Below are positions 53,941-64,000 of a stretch of 64,000 nucleotides of DNA, in pieces. Numbering within the stretch: position 1 is the first letter of the stretch; each line of letters starts with the position of its first letter. A program made the position numbers and the translations under genes. The notes under the pieces were generated by a model. The model searched no databases. It was not told the DNA's origin and was given only the letters and a program-made list of their open reading frames with translations. The DNA is from Daphnia carinata (lineage: Eukaryota), in NCBI RefSeq assembly GCF_022539665.2, contig NC_081333.1, positions 13,144,001 through 13,208,000 of the forward strand, written 5' to 3'.

Positions 53941-54470
53941 ACACCATTCAACTGTTTTGGAGCGCTTAGCGCGATGCAGCCCAACTAATCGGTGTATTTT
54001 TCAAACGATTCATTTAAAGAGAAAACCAATAGCTGAATCGAAATCAGCGTTCAATTTTCAATATACTGTGTAAGTTTCATTGAATTCCAAGAAATGTCGT
54101 TTTTGGCCGATTTTGGCAAAAGTGGGAAGGCTATAGCCTTCTCACTTTCTCAGTTTTGGTCAAATTTCAAATTTAGCTTAAAATACATGATTTCCATTCA
54201 GAATTGAATGCTTATCACGGAAATCAAGTTTATTTTGCAATTGACCCTATAGTTTTTTTATTAAACGTCAAAAATGAAAAAATAAGAAAAGTCGGGCTTA
54301 TTTAGTCGGGCTTAAAAAATTTTCTGCAAAAACTGACAATTATGGAAATTGGTTGAATATCACAGGAAATACTCAAAACTGAATGTTGATTCCGGAAAAT
54401 TGCAATTTTTTTTTATTTAGTGTATCCTTTTTTAAACATACCAAGTCTACAGCGCTAGCGCGATACAGCG
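46900..54470. mobile_element. Three copies of a ~600-bp spacer (46900-47545, 49110-49765, 53940-54470) centred on a 30-bp palindrome; likely junctions of tandem non-autonomous DNA elements
   Basis: aaagtgggaaggcta|tagccttctcacttt occurs at 47072, 49285 and 54119. It is flanked by the inverted sub-repeats cgaaatcagc(g/a)ttcaatttt(c/t)agtata. Confidence 0.55.
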
Positions 54471-55924
54471 AAAATGAACCAGAGCCTATCGCCATCTGTT
54501 GTCTGTTGGAACCACGATTTGAACAGAAGGTTTGGAGATACCAATCAACATCTGAACACAAATATTATACAGGAGATACGAACGTACGAATGCAATACAA
54601 GAGAACGAATAATTGAAAGTAAACAGAATAAAAGTGTGACGCTGGCGCGAAAGGTATATCGGAATATGTAACCGTCTGTCGGCATACCACTGGCGAGTTG
54701 GTGGCATACACGTAGCACACTAGCCCCGTCAGCAAAGAGGGATACCGAATGTCTTTCAGTTTCCATATCGGGAAAAATGTCTTCAGCCATAGTGTGTTGT
54801 CCTAATCTAGGAGTTCACCATTTCTTTTAGTATAACGTAATACCTTTCAACTCCTCGTAATTGTGCTTGACCCACTTGACCCGATTACGAAATTGTAAAG
54901 CGGGACAGAAAAAGTGACTTCTCCCTCTCTACGCCTAATCAACTTAGGCAAACAACGACTGTTTACGTAATTGTCGGCAAGTGAGCAGTAACATTTTGTA
55001 CCATACAATTTAAAAAGCAGTTTAAAGATCCAAAAATTAACATCATCCACGGTAAGTGTAGTTCAATTAAATAAACCGAAATAGATAAAAAGAAAATAGC
55101 AAAACTTTGAAAACTGTTCTAGAGGTCCAAACAAGAGTATTTTGTTGCTAGCCCAAAAACAGAAAGCATGGTCAAAGTCAGTTACATTCAGATATTATGG
55201 CCAGAGGCTATCATCATTCTGTTTAAGGTCTGGTTTCTTTTAGCTGAAAAATTTACGAGCTCTCTACCTGCTTCAAGACATTGTCTTCTCGGTAGGCCTT
55301 AGTCGCAATATAAAGGGGAAAAAAGATCCTCATTTTACAATACCGTGGTATTTTTGGGTCGTCAAGTGTGGACTCTATGACACCAAAACTATCGAAAGGG
55401 CAATTACTTTAAAGACATATTTTAAAAACATTTAAATAGTCTGTTTCTCGTCTGTTGTCTATAGTTTAATTGTATTTTACGAAGTAGGCAAACTGTTTTC
55501 TTTTCCCGTTTTGGTTGTCAATCAACACAAAGTTCATTAATTTTTTTTTAGATAACCCTAGACAAATCTGACATCTGCTTTGGAAAAAGAAAAAAAAAAA
55601 AAAACTTTTTATCAAACATTAGCAAACGCCATTCTTCGGAATGGTGTCTGTGCGCAGACTTTATGTTCGCAATAACATGACCAAATAAGAATATGTTATA
55701 ACGAAGAAGTCAAACGACTTGATTTTCACGTAAAAAGTATAGCGATTATAGCCAGGAGATTGTACTAACTACAAGGCAGTCACGAGTTACAGAGAGGGAT
55801 AGATCCGAATATGCCATGACGCAATGGAGCTCACTATTCTTTGGTTGGAGCAGAACCAACCAGTGATGTAACGCTCACAACATAACGCTGCGGACCGTTG
55901 CTACCCTCAAGGCGGCTATGCACG

Positions 55925-55987
55925 CTCTCTCCTTCTCTCTATTTCTCTCTCTCTCTCTTTCATTTCCATTCTTTCTTCTCTCTCTCC
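55925..55987. repeat. CT-rich microsatellite (GAGA-type tract)
   Basis: Interrupted (ct)n tract seen directly. Confidence 0.8.
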
Positions 55988-57076
55988 CGTCCCTTCTTGT
56001 AGTTCAGAATTACACCATCGAGAATGTTATCTGTAATCCTTGTCTGGACGACTAACGCTGCAAGGGTCTAAACTTGTAACAAAAGGACGCGAAAACAAAA
56101 TCACTACCCAATACCAAAAGTGTTCGCTCGGAGGCTTTTTTTCCCTTTTTTCTTCTTTGGTGTGCTTAACAATTTTGACAGAATCCTACGTTGTTTTATT
56201 TATTTAATTAAAATTTTTCGTTTTCCACCTGAGTAGTCTTATAATATCAAGGTTTCGGTGTACTCCTCGACTCCGCATTTAAAATTAAAAAAAAAGGGTG
56301 TTCTTTTTTTTCCTTTCATACATTCGCATCAAACGACCGGCGCCGTGAAAGCCAAACGCGGATACAAAGAACTAGAAAGAGAAGAGGAACGTGTATAAAA
56401 ACGATTCGGATAGCAACTGCAAGTCTGGAACACACCGTCGGACCGCATTTCTAACCAGCTGTTCCATATATGAAGTTTTTATCCAGCGACGCAACCAGTC
56501 TTCTTGCAGACCAATCGTTTTCTACTCTCGGCAGACGGAGCCGCGAAAAACAAAATAAAGTCAATTTTGCCTAAAGCTTTCGTCTCCGTATCTAAATGAG
56601 ATTTGGCAACCTCATATATTGTTAGACTGCTACCAACAGTGTACCAACTTTCGGGTTTGCGAGAGAGACAAAAAAAAAGCCTCTAATGTGGACATGGTTT
56701 AGTGTAAACTGAAAAACCTTGGAAACGTCATCGGCTCCGGACGACTTTTGGAGAGGGGGACTCGAATTTCAGTTCAAAGACCTTGAGTCTTGAGGTAGGA
56801 CGGACTGCAAGATATGCGCCACATCGTCTTCTTCTTCAGCCAACAAGCCTGAGGCTAATATACTCTTTCAACCCTCTTGCCGCTCCTCCTCCTCCTCCTC
56901 CTTGTCGTCTTCCTGACTGCTACTCTAACTCGGACTCGGACCTCTTTTGCAAGTCATTTGCTTCCCTCCACTCTCTTGTAGCCCGGACACAACAGCAGAA
57001 CGTGCTCATAGTGTCTGTGAATCGTGAGACCAGAGCACATGAGTTTTGGTGTGATAAATACTTGGTGTGGTACGTG

Positions 57077-58651
57077 ATGGCCGATCCGGAGCAGCAGTCT
57101 CAGCCACTTCCACCGACGGCACCGAAAACCCGTCTCGGATTGTCTCTCTCTGAACGGATCAAAGTAATCGAAGCGCGACAGATGGGCAAATCCATGCGAC
57201 AGGTTTTTATTTTCATCCTCATCCTTCTTTTTCACGGGATAACCTGTTGATAAATTTGTAACCGTCAAAGCAACTAAAATAGAATGTCGACTTGATTTTA
57301 GTTAGCTGCCCAGTTTGGCTGCGGAAAAACGCAGATACTCAACACCCTGGCTCAAAAGGAGAGATACATTCGTGAATGGGAGGTGATGGGCCGTAATAAT
57401 CCTTCAATTGGGGCGAGAAAACGTTTTCGACACACAAGAAACGAACAGATCAACCGCTCCGTTCATGAATGGTACCCGTTTTAATTTTTTATTTAAATTT
57501 CATTAATTGCCTTTTACTATTTTTTACACCTAATATTTTAGCAAAAACATAAACATTTTGGAAAGCTGGCTTAGCTAAACTGATAAAGTCAATATTTCGT
57601 TAACATTTGCATTGTAAAGTGAACCTTAAAAATTATTTATCCAGCCATCTTGATTTTCAATTTAGCTAGTTTGAGAAATAGCAAATTCTTTCTGTCTTTA
57701 TTATCTTCTGAACGTAATTTCTCGAATCACGTGACGTACATATGCTTGCTAAATAGGTTTAGCGGATTCTCGAATCTTGTTGTACACAGCTGTTTACTTA
57801 AAGTCATAAAAACGTTTATTATTATACCACAGTAATACTCACACATGTTTTGTTTGAAAACATACATCTATACGATCTCAATTCTCCAACTTCCGACGGT
57901 CATAGGTACCAACAGCAGGCAGCAAATGGTCTCCGGATTACAGGCCCCATGCTGCAAAAACAAGCCAGACACTACGCAGCACATTTAGGAATTATCAATT
58001 TTGCAGCTAGCAACGGATGGTTAGCTAATTTTAGAAGATTCTACAATATCATCAGTGTAACTAAAACTACTTTTTTCCGCATTTTTTTCACTCCTGCAAA
58101 TCATTTAGTTGTTGAATGCGTAGCTTTGCCTAACACCTACATTAGAGTTTAATGTCCGCTTTTTCCACAAACTGAAGTAAAAAGTTTATCTTATTTGACT
58201 TTTCCATGTGACCTCATAATCAGTTGATCTATATAAAGTAGCCTATTTTCTATCAGTCAGCGTGCAATATGCAAATGTATTTAGTAGCCTAGGTTACGTA
58301 CGCTTTTGACTTATCCAGAATTTGTATGCTTCTCCAATGACTCGATTTCTAACGAATCGAAAATTTTTGAGAAAAATTTCTCTCAGTAATTCCACGGGTG
58401 GGCTGTAAAAGGCGTTCTTTTAAGGAAATTCTGGTAGTCTGTACGTGCACGAGGAAATTGGGGTACATTGTGACTGTTAAACCTTTAAGCAGAAGGCAAC
58501 AAAGGAAAATAAAATCTATATAAACTTGTACGAATTGTTTGTTTAGTGCTCCCCGCATCCACGGAAGCGGAAACTGGCAATCACTCCAGCCAGAAAGCAA
58601 CGAGGAAGATGCTTTGACCCACAAAGCCAGCACTTCAAAGTGTCAGCTTGA
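57077..58651 (+). CDS. Pogo/Tigger/CENP-B-type double HTH (psq + CENP-B HTH) DNA-binding protein without DDE domain; exons ~57077-57202, 57302-57471, 57906-58056 and tentatively 58547-58651
   Basis: LSLSERIKVIE...GKSMRQLAAQFGCGKTQI, then VHEWYQQ...ITGPMLQKQA...FAASNGWLANFRR. The pieces are joined in frame by GT-AG introns. The last exon is uncertain. Confidence 0.75.
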
Positions 58652-59205
58652 TGCAGAATTCGTACAAGTTGGATGTGACGAAGTTCTTAAAAGATCTCCG
58701 CAGTTGCCGTCTGAAAATTTGACCGAAAAAGGACCCGTTATTAGGAAGAGAACCAAGCAGATATACCTTTAGGTAACAGGTTTTTTTCATTTAGTGAACT
58801 TAAAAATACATTGCAAGAGAAAATTTGAGGCTGCCAGGAACACATAAACTTTTATTTATCTAGCCATTCTTTCTTTCTGACATCTGCATTAAGGGCCACA
58901 AATTTTTTCACAATAGTAAACCATTTTCACGCAACCCGTACCAAGAAGCTGAAGATAAACAGGGTAGCAGCAAGATTTCCATTTTTAAAACAAAATTATT
59001 TTTTAAACCATATAAACTGGGATTCGTAGCAGTTTATTTTGATTTGCAATAGAAATTAAATATAGGAGGCGATAATATCTTTTTATTTAGACTATGGAAA
59101 TATACTTGAAAATTTTTCTACATTCCATTTTTGCCAATTCTCTTTTAAAAATATGAGTCACATTTTATCACTTGTTAGCTGGTGCCCGCTGGTTGTCCCC
59201 ATTTA

Positions 59206-59809
59206 TTAGCATGCACCGTTGCGAGCAAATAGTTACAGACGACTTGATCGTTCCACATTTAGTGATTTCGTTTTTGAAACAATCTATGTTAGAGTACGTA
59301 TTGGCCATCAGTACCGCAAACTGGGCATAATACTGTGCACAAGCACATTTTTTCTGACGGTTTGTTCACTTGCTTGCCTCCATCATAGGCCTTCTTAACC
59401 GTTGAATCAAGAACAGTCCCGCATTTGGTAATTTCAACTTCCATGCAGTTCTCATTGTCGTAGGTTTCCCGTCCGTGCCGCAAACAGGGGCGTGCAAAAT
59501 GTACACCCGCATTCAGCAGCTTCTTCTTCTCCTTTTCCTTCGCCTATTTTGCATTCACCGTCATAGCTTTGCCAAGGCCAACGGCGGTATTTTGTTTTGT
59601 TAGGCACTGGAGGGCGCATTACCGTAAGTATTCCCGTCCGTACCGCACACTGGATCATACTGTAACGTGCAGATGCATACGTCTGGCTGATCAATCGAAG
59701 CTGCATAGTTATAACATTATCAGCTTTATTAATGGAATCGGTTATTTTCCTGAACAAATCGTACCTCCGAAAACACTAGGCTGATTGCTGGTTAGAACGA
59801 TGAAGGCGA
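59206..59809 (-). CDS. Three-domain Kazal-type serine protease inhibitor with multiple frameshifts; 5' end in the gap
   Basis: [22 protein letters not shown]....PVCGTDG.TYDNENC and CLCTV..PVCGTDG..YSNIDC, with YDGEC/NGAC endings, in shifting frames. A hydrophobic exon fragment abuts the gap. Confidence 0.7.
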
Positions 59810-59909
59810 NNNNNNNNNNNNNNNNNNNNNNNNNNNNNNNNNNNNNNNNNNNNNNNNNNNNNNNNNNNNNNNNNNNNNNNNNNNNNNNNNNNNNNNNNNN
59901 NNNNNNNNN
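59810..59909. other. Assembly gap (100 N)
   Basis: Seen directly; a 100-N run usually means unknown size. Confidence 0.99.
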
Positions 59910-60667
59910 TTACCTAATCCAGGTGGACGATGGCCTGCGGCAATCTTGGATCTTAGGATCTTTTATTTTGGTTCAACCATAACCCACTTAATTTGGTCCT
60001 ACCTAACTTAACCCGATGGCCCCCTATGTCGGGCTCTTTACACCGCACTGGTAGTACCTAATCCAGGCAGATCTTAACCTCCAATCAACATAGAATGGCA
60101 CCTTTTTCAAAATTTTCCGCCACTCTAAAGGGGCGGGGCCTAAGGCCACTTTTCCCAAACACCCCTTACCGGGTTCTACAAGTCGGGGCACCCCGATATG
60201 ACGGTTATGGAACCTTATCTACTCACTATTGACCTCCCAACGGTCTGGCGCACACCTATTTACGTGCTATGAAGGTAAACTGACTGTCAGTTAAGCTTCC
60301 ATCACCCTTTACGGATTGTTACGCTTATACGCGATTTAATTATGACCCTTGTGGATTTTTTCAATGGCTGTCTTGCCACTTAAAACTGGTTTTTAAAAAA
60401 AGGTAAACTGCTTGACAGTTACGCTTGTTCGACCATTACATTGGTACCATACACACACACCACCCCCACACAACTAGCACACGCCATTTTGCCCTTCGCT
60501 ATTCTTATGCCGGCTCGGTCCCGAACCCATATCGAAGCTTTTTATTTTTTAATTTTAATCTTTTATTCCCGGAGCACAAAACCCAACCCCCCGGGGGGAT
60601 CTTGTGGTGGAGAGCCCAACTAACTGAAAGACTGAAAAACTAACTGAAAGAAAGACTAACTGAAAGA

Positions 60668-60700
60668 CTAACCTAACCTAACCTAACCTAACCTAACCTA
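60668..60700. repeat. (CCTAA)n / (TTAGG)n tract, ~6.5 copies
   Basis: ctaacctaacctaacc... seen directly. Confidence 0.9.
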
Positions 60701-60724
60701 TTATTAAAAAAATCGATATCGATA

Positions 60725-61175
60725 TGCATCGATATAACCTATTTCTAATTAAAGATTTCATGTTTTAAATAATACAAAATTTTAAGCCCGACAAAATAAG
60801 CCCGACTTTTAGTTTTTTACGTATATTTCAAAAACTAAAAGGCCAATGTGAAAATAAACATGATATTCGTAATCAGCGATGAATTCTGCATCGATATAAC
60901 CTATTTCTAATTAAAGATTTCATGTTTTAAATAATACAAAATTTTAAGCCCGACAAAATAAGCCCGACAAAATAAGCCCGACAAAATAAGCCCGACTTTT
61001 AGTTTTTTACGTATATTTCAAAAACTAAAAGGCTAATGTGAAAATAAACATGATATTCGTAATCAGCGATGAATTCTGCATCGATATAACCTATTTCTAA
61101 TTAAAGATTTCATTTTTTTAATAATACAAAATTTTAAGCCCGACAAAATAAGCCCGACAAAATAAGCCCGACTTT
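60725..61175. repeat. Tandem repeat of 162-190 bp (~2.5 copies) with a variable internal 14-bp unit taagcccgacaaaa
   Basis: gcatcgatataacctatttc occurs at ~60726, 60888 and 61078; the period difference of 28 bp equals two 14-mers. Confidence 0.9.
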
Positions 61176-61384
61176 GAGTAAAACTCTTCAGAATTGAATA
61201 AAACACACCTCAATCGACGTAACTTTTAATTTGCGTCGAATGGAACCATTTCCAGCGTTCTATCTCTAACGGTTCAGGAGTTAGCATTTTTCAGTTTTCA
61301 GTGCCCTCTAGCGTTCGCATTTCAAGTTAGAATTAAATAAATTGCATCTCATTCGACGTAACTTTTTTTTCAGAGCCCTCGTTC

Positions 61385-62140
61385 TGCATTTTAGTATCCC
61401 TTCCTCAAAAATTAGCCGCATTTTAGTATCCCTTCCGCAAAAATTTTACCGCATTTAAGTGTTTCTTCCGCAGATCTTTTCCCGCATTTAAGTATACATT
61501 CCGCAAAAATTTTCCCGCATTTTAGTGTCCCTTCCGCAGATCTTTTCCCGCATTTTAGAATGCAATCTGCAAAAACTTTCCCGCATTTCAGTTTCCCTTC
61601 CGCAAAAGTTTTCCCGCATTTTAGTGTCCTTTCCGCAAATATTTTCCCGCATTTTAGTGTCCTTTCCGCAAACATTTTCCCACGTTTTAGTATACATTCC
61701 GCAAACAATTTCCCACGTTTTAGTGTCCTTTCCGCACAAATTTTCCCACGTTTTAGTGTCCTTTCCGCAAAAATTTTCCCGCATTTTAGTATGCATAGCA
61801 TTCCCCAAACAATTTCCCGCATTTTAGTATGCACTCCGCAAACATTTTCCCACGTTTTAGTGTCCATTTCGCAAATATTTTCCCGCATTTTAGTGTCCCT
61901 TCCGCAAAAATTTTCCCGCATTTTAGTGTCCTTTCCGCAAATATTTTCCCACGTTTTAGTAGCCCTTCCGCAAAAATTTTCCCTCAATTTAGTGTCCTTT
62001 CCGCAAATATTTTCCCGCATTTTAGTGTCCCTTCCGCAAATATTTTCCCGCATTTTAGTGTCTCTTCCTCAAATGTTTTCCCGCATTTTAATGTCCTTTC
62101 CGCAAAAAATTTCCCGCAATTTAGTTCCTTTCCGCATTCC
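61385..62140. repeat. 33-bp minisatellite (ttcccgcattttagtgtcctttccgcaaatatt), ~23 copies
   Basis: Seen directly; it produces 11-aa periodic ORFs in several frames. Confidence 0.95.
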
Positions 62141-62179
62141 GTAATTATTAGCTAACCACCGGTCCCGTTAACTGGTGTT

Positions 62180-63636
62180 CTTACGTTTGTGTACAGTTTA
62201 CGGTCTTCCCATAAGGTAAAATCTTTTATTTGTATATTGCATACTAAAGACTTAACACAGTGGCAACCCTTGACGACAAATTAATGGGGGAAAAATTTTT
62301 ATATTGATGAAACAGTAGCAGGAGTGAAGGTGGGGATGTCAGATGATCAATGTCCGGCAGATGACGTGGCAGTTGGGTTATCTGCTCCCAGTGGCAGCTG
62401 TCAGTGGGCCAAAGCTTCTTGCAATGTAAACTTTGATTACTAGTCTGCAGCAAAGTTAGAGCATGAACATGTATTGGTAATATAACTACTTTCGTTTTCA
62501 GACTAGATCAAAGACCGTAATCATAGACTACCAACGTTTCTAACAGTTTGAGTGTGAATGGAGAGAAGAACAAAAGGAAGAATTGCCCAAAAAAAAATTC
62601 TCCATTACATGCAGAAAAGATGTAAGGTCAGAACAGGTATTAATTAAATATAATATTGATCAAGAAGCCTAGTACTTCTGCTTTGCTCATGCTAAGGAGA
62701 ACGTTGACTATCTAACCGAAGATATATAATCACCTGTAAACATCAAGATGGGCACTCACCCATTTTGAACTGAAGGGTATGGAAATAATCTTCTCTGAAG
62801 TTTATCAGTAACATCTTGATTTTGGTTTAGTGAGAATTCTTTCATCAGAGAAATTTTTCAACCCGGTCACAATCGTTTGCATTGTAGGAAAGTGAACTAT
62901 CGTGAGCTGTGATCTTCATGTCAAGGGATGCTGTGTGTGTCCTCTCAGTGACGCTAGATCAATATTGAGGGGAACTAATAAAGGTCTGTAATGGTTGCAG
63001 AAAAACAAGCCATTTGCTGCAATTACGTGCAGGTTATCTTAAGAGCATTCTTCCATTGAAGTTTCAACCCATATTGCCTAGCTCGAACACTTGGCTGGTT
63101 ACCTGATGCTTGACAAATTAATTTCTTTATCTGTTGCACAGGAGTTGTGTATTCTTGGGATATCGAAACACACCTACCGATGTCTGTAAGATGTGGCCTA
63201 GCACTTAGCACATTCATATCATATTGATCCTTACTTTACCAATAGCATTAATGGACAATTGGATCAGATGTAAGACAAGTAATATTCCAGGAATTTTTTC
63301 TCATATGATGTTGAATTTAATTTGTTTTTCTTTTACAGAAGTGTTGATCAACATATAACATAGACGTGTACATCAACATATAATGATAAAGATGTACAAG
63401 AATGCATCGGAGCCGGGTCGCACATTGGCTACATTATTAGCTAATCATCTGTGCCCTAAACTGGTAGAAACACTACGTGCTTACGTTTGTGTACAGTTTA
63501 CAGGATTCCCAAAAGGTAAAAACTTTTTTTTGTTTATTGGATACTAAAAATTTAACACAGTGGCAACCCTTGACGACAAATTAATGGGGAAGAAACTGTA
63601 ATATTTAGAAAACAGTATCAGGAGTGAAGGTGGAGA
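62180..63636. repeat. Diverged ~155-bp direct repeat pair (62180-62336 and 63480-63636)
   Basis: Both copies read cttacgtttgtgtacagtttac...ttaacacagtggcaacccttgacgacaaattaatgggg...caggagtgaaggtgg. Confidence 0.85.
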
Positions 63637-64000
63637 CAAAAGTGTTTTGTAGCAGAAAATTTAGTTTTTATGCCCATCATAGTCTAAATTTGAATGTTGT
63701 ATGAACATGCTGTGGGCTAACCAATTATGGACATCATCAATAGTTTGGTTTACAATTTATTAATTCTTTGTTTCTTTGCTGGAAATTCAATCTTTATCTG
63801 AATGGACAGCTTTTAGGCTATTTAACATTTTTCCTTCATTACAGTTTGCTGACAGGTGGCATTTCAAAGATTTGCATCCATCTTCAATTCACAAGAGGTA
63901 CGACAAACTTTTTCACAGGTTAATTGGTTTACGTGATATGTGTTAAATGCCAGCACCTTCTTTTTGTAGGTTATATCGTGTAACTCTCGTGGTCTGTGCA

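Noticed and set aside
47157..54073. Repeated small ORFs (61-74 aa) in the satellite and spacers
   Set aside because: By-products of repeat duplication; no transposase or Rep/helicase motifs.
61412..62155. 100-213 aa ORFs with 11-aa periodicity
   Set aside because: Translations of a 33-bp minisatellite open in several frames on both strands.

Overview
Eukaryotic, intron-rich DNA with compact genes and mostly 55-110 nt GT-AG introns. Gene content and style suggest a Daphnia-like crustacean; this is inference only. From left to right: (1) a tandem cluster of ecdysteroid-kinase-like (EcKL) genes, with one disrupted copy and two intact copies. It is interrupted by a gene encoding an IRE1/RNase-L-type Ser/Thr kinase fused to 20 near-identical 111-bp ankyrin repeats whose variation is confined to predicted binding-surface positions; this is the most striking item. 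(2) Four tandem secreted AA15-type lytic polysaccharide monooxygenases, with a TIR element between copies 2 and 3. (3) A C7orf25/DUF1308 homolog head-to-head with UBR7. (4) HECTD1, carrying several probable consensus errors. (5) A mir-8 hairpin on the minus strand just 3' of HECTD1, plus a candidate ~380-nt structured RNA. (6) MEPCE/bin3. (7) A ~7.8-kb composite repeat: 164-bp satellite arrays inside tandem elements with palindromic junctions. (8) A spliced pogo/CENP-B-type HTH gene without a DDE domain. (9) A frameshifted three-domain Kazal inhibitor running into a 100-N gap, followed by a repeat-rich segment with (CCTAA)n, a 162-190-bp repeat and a 33-bp minisatellite. Exon boundaries were read by eye and may be off by a few bases. 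No database searches were run.
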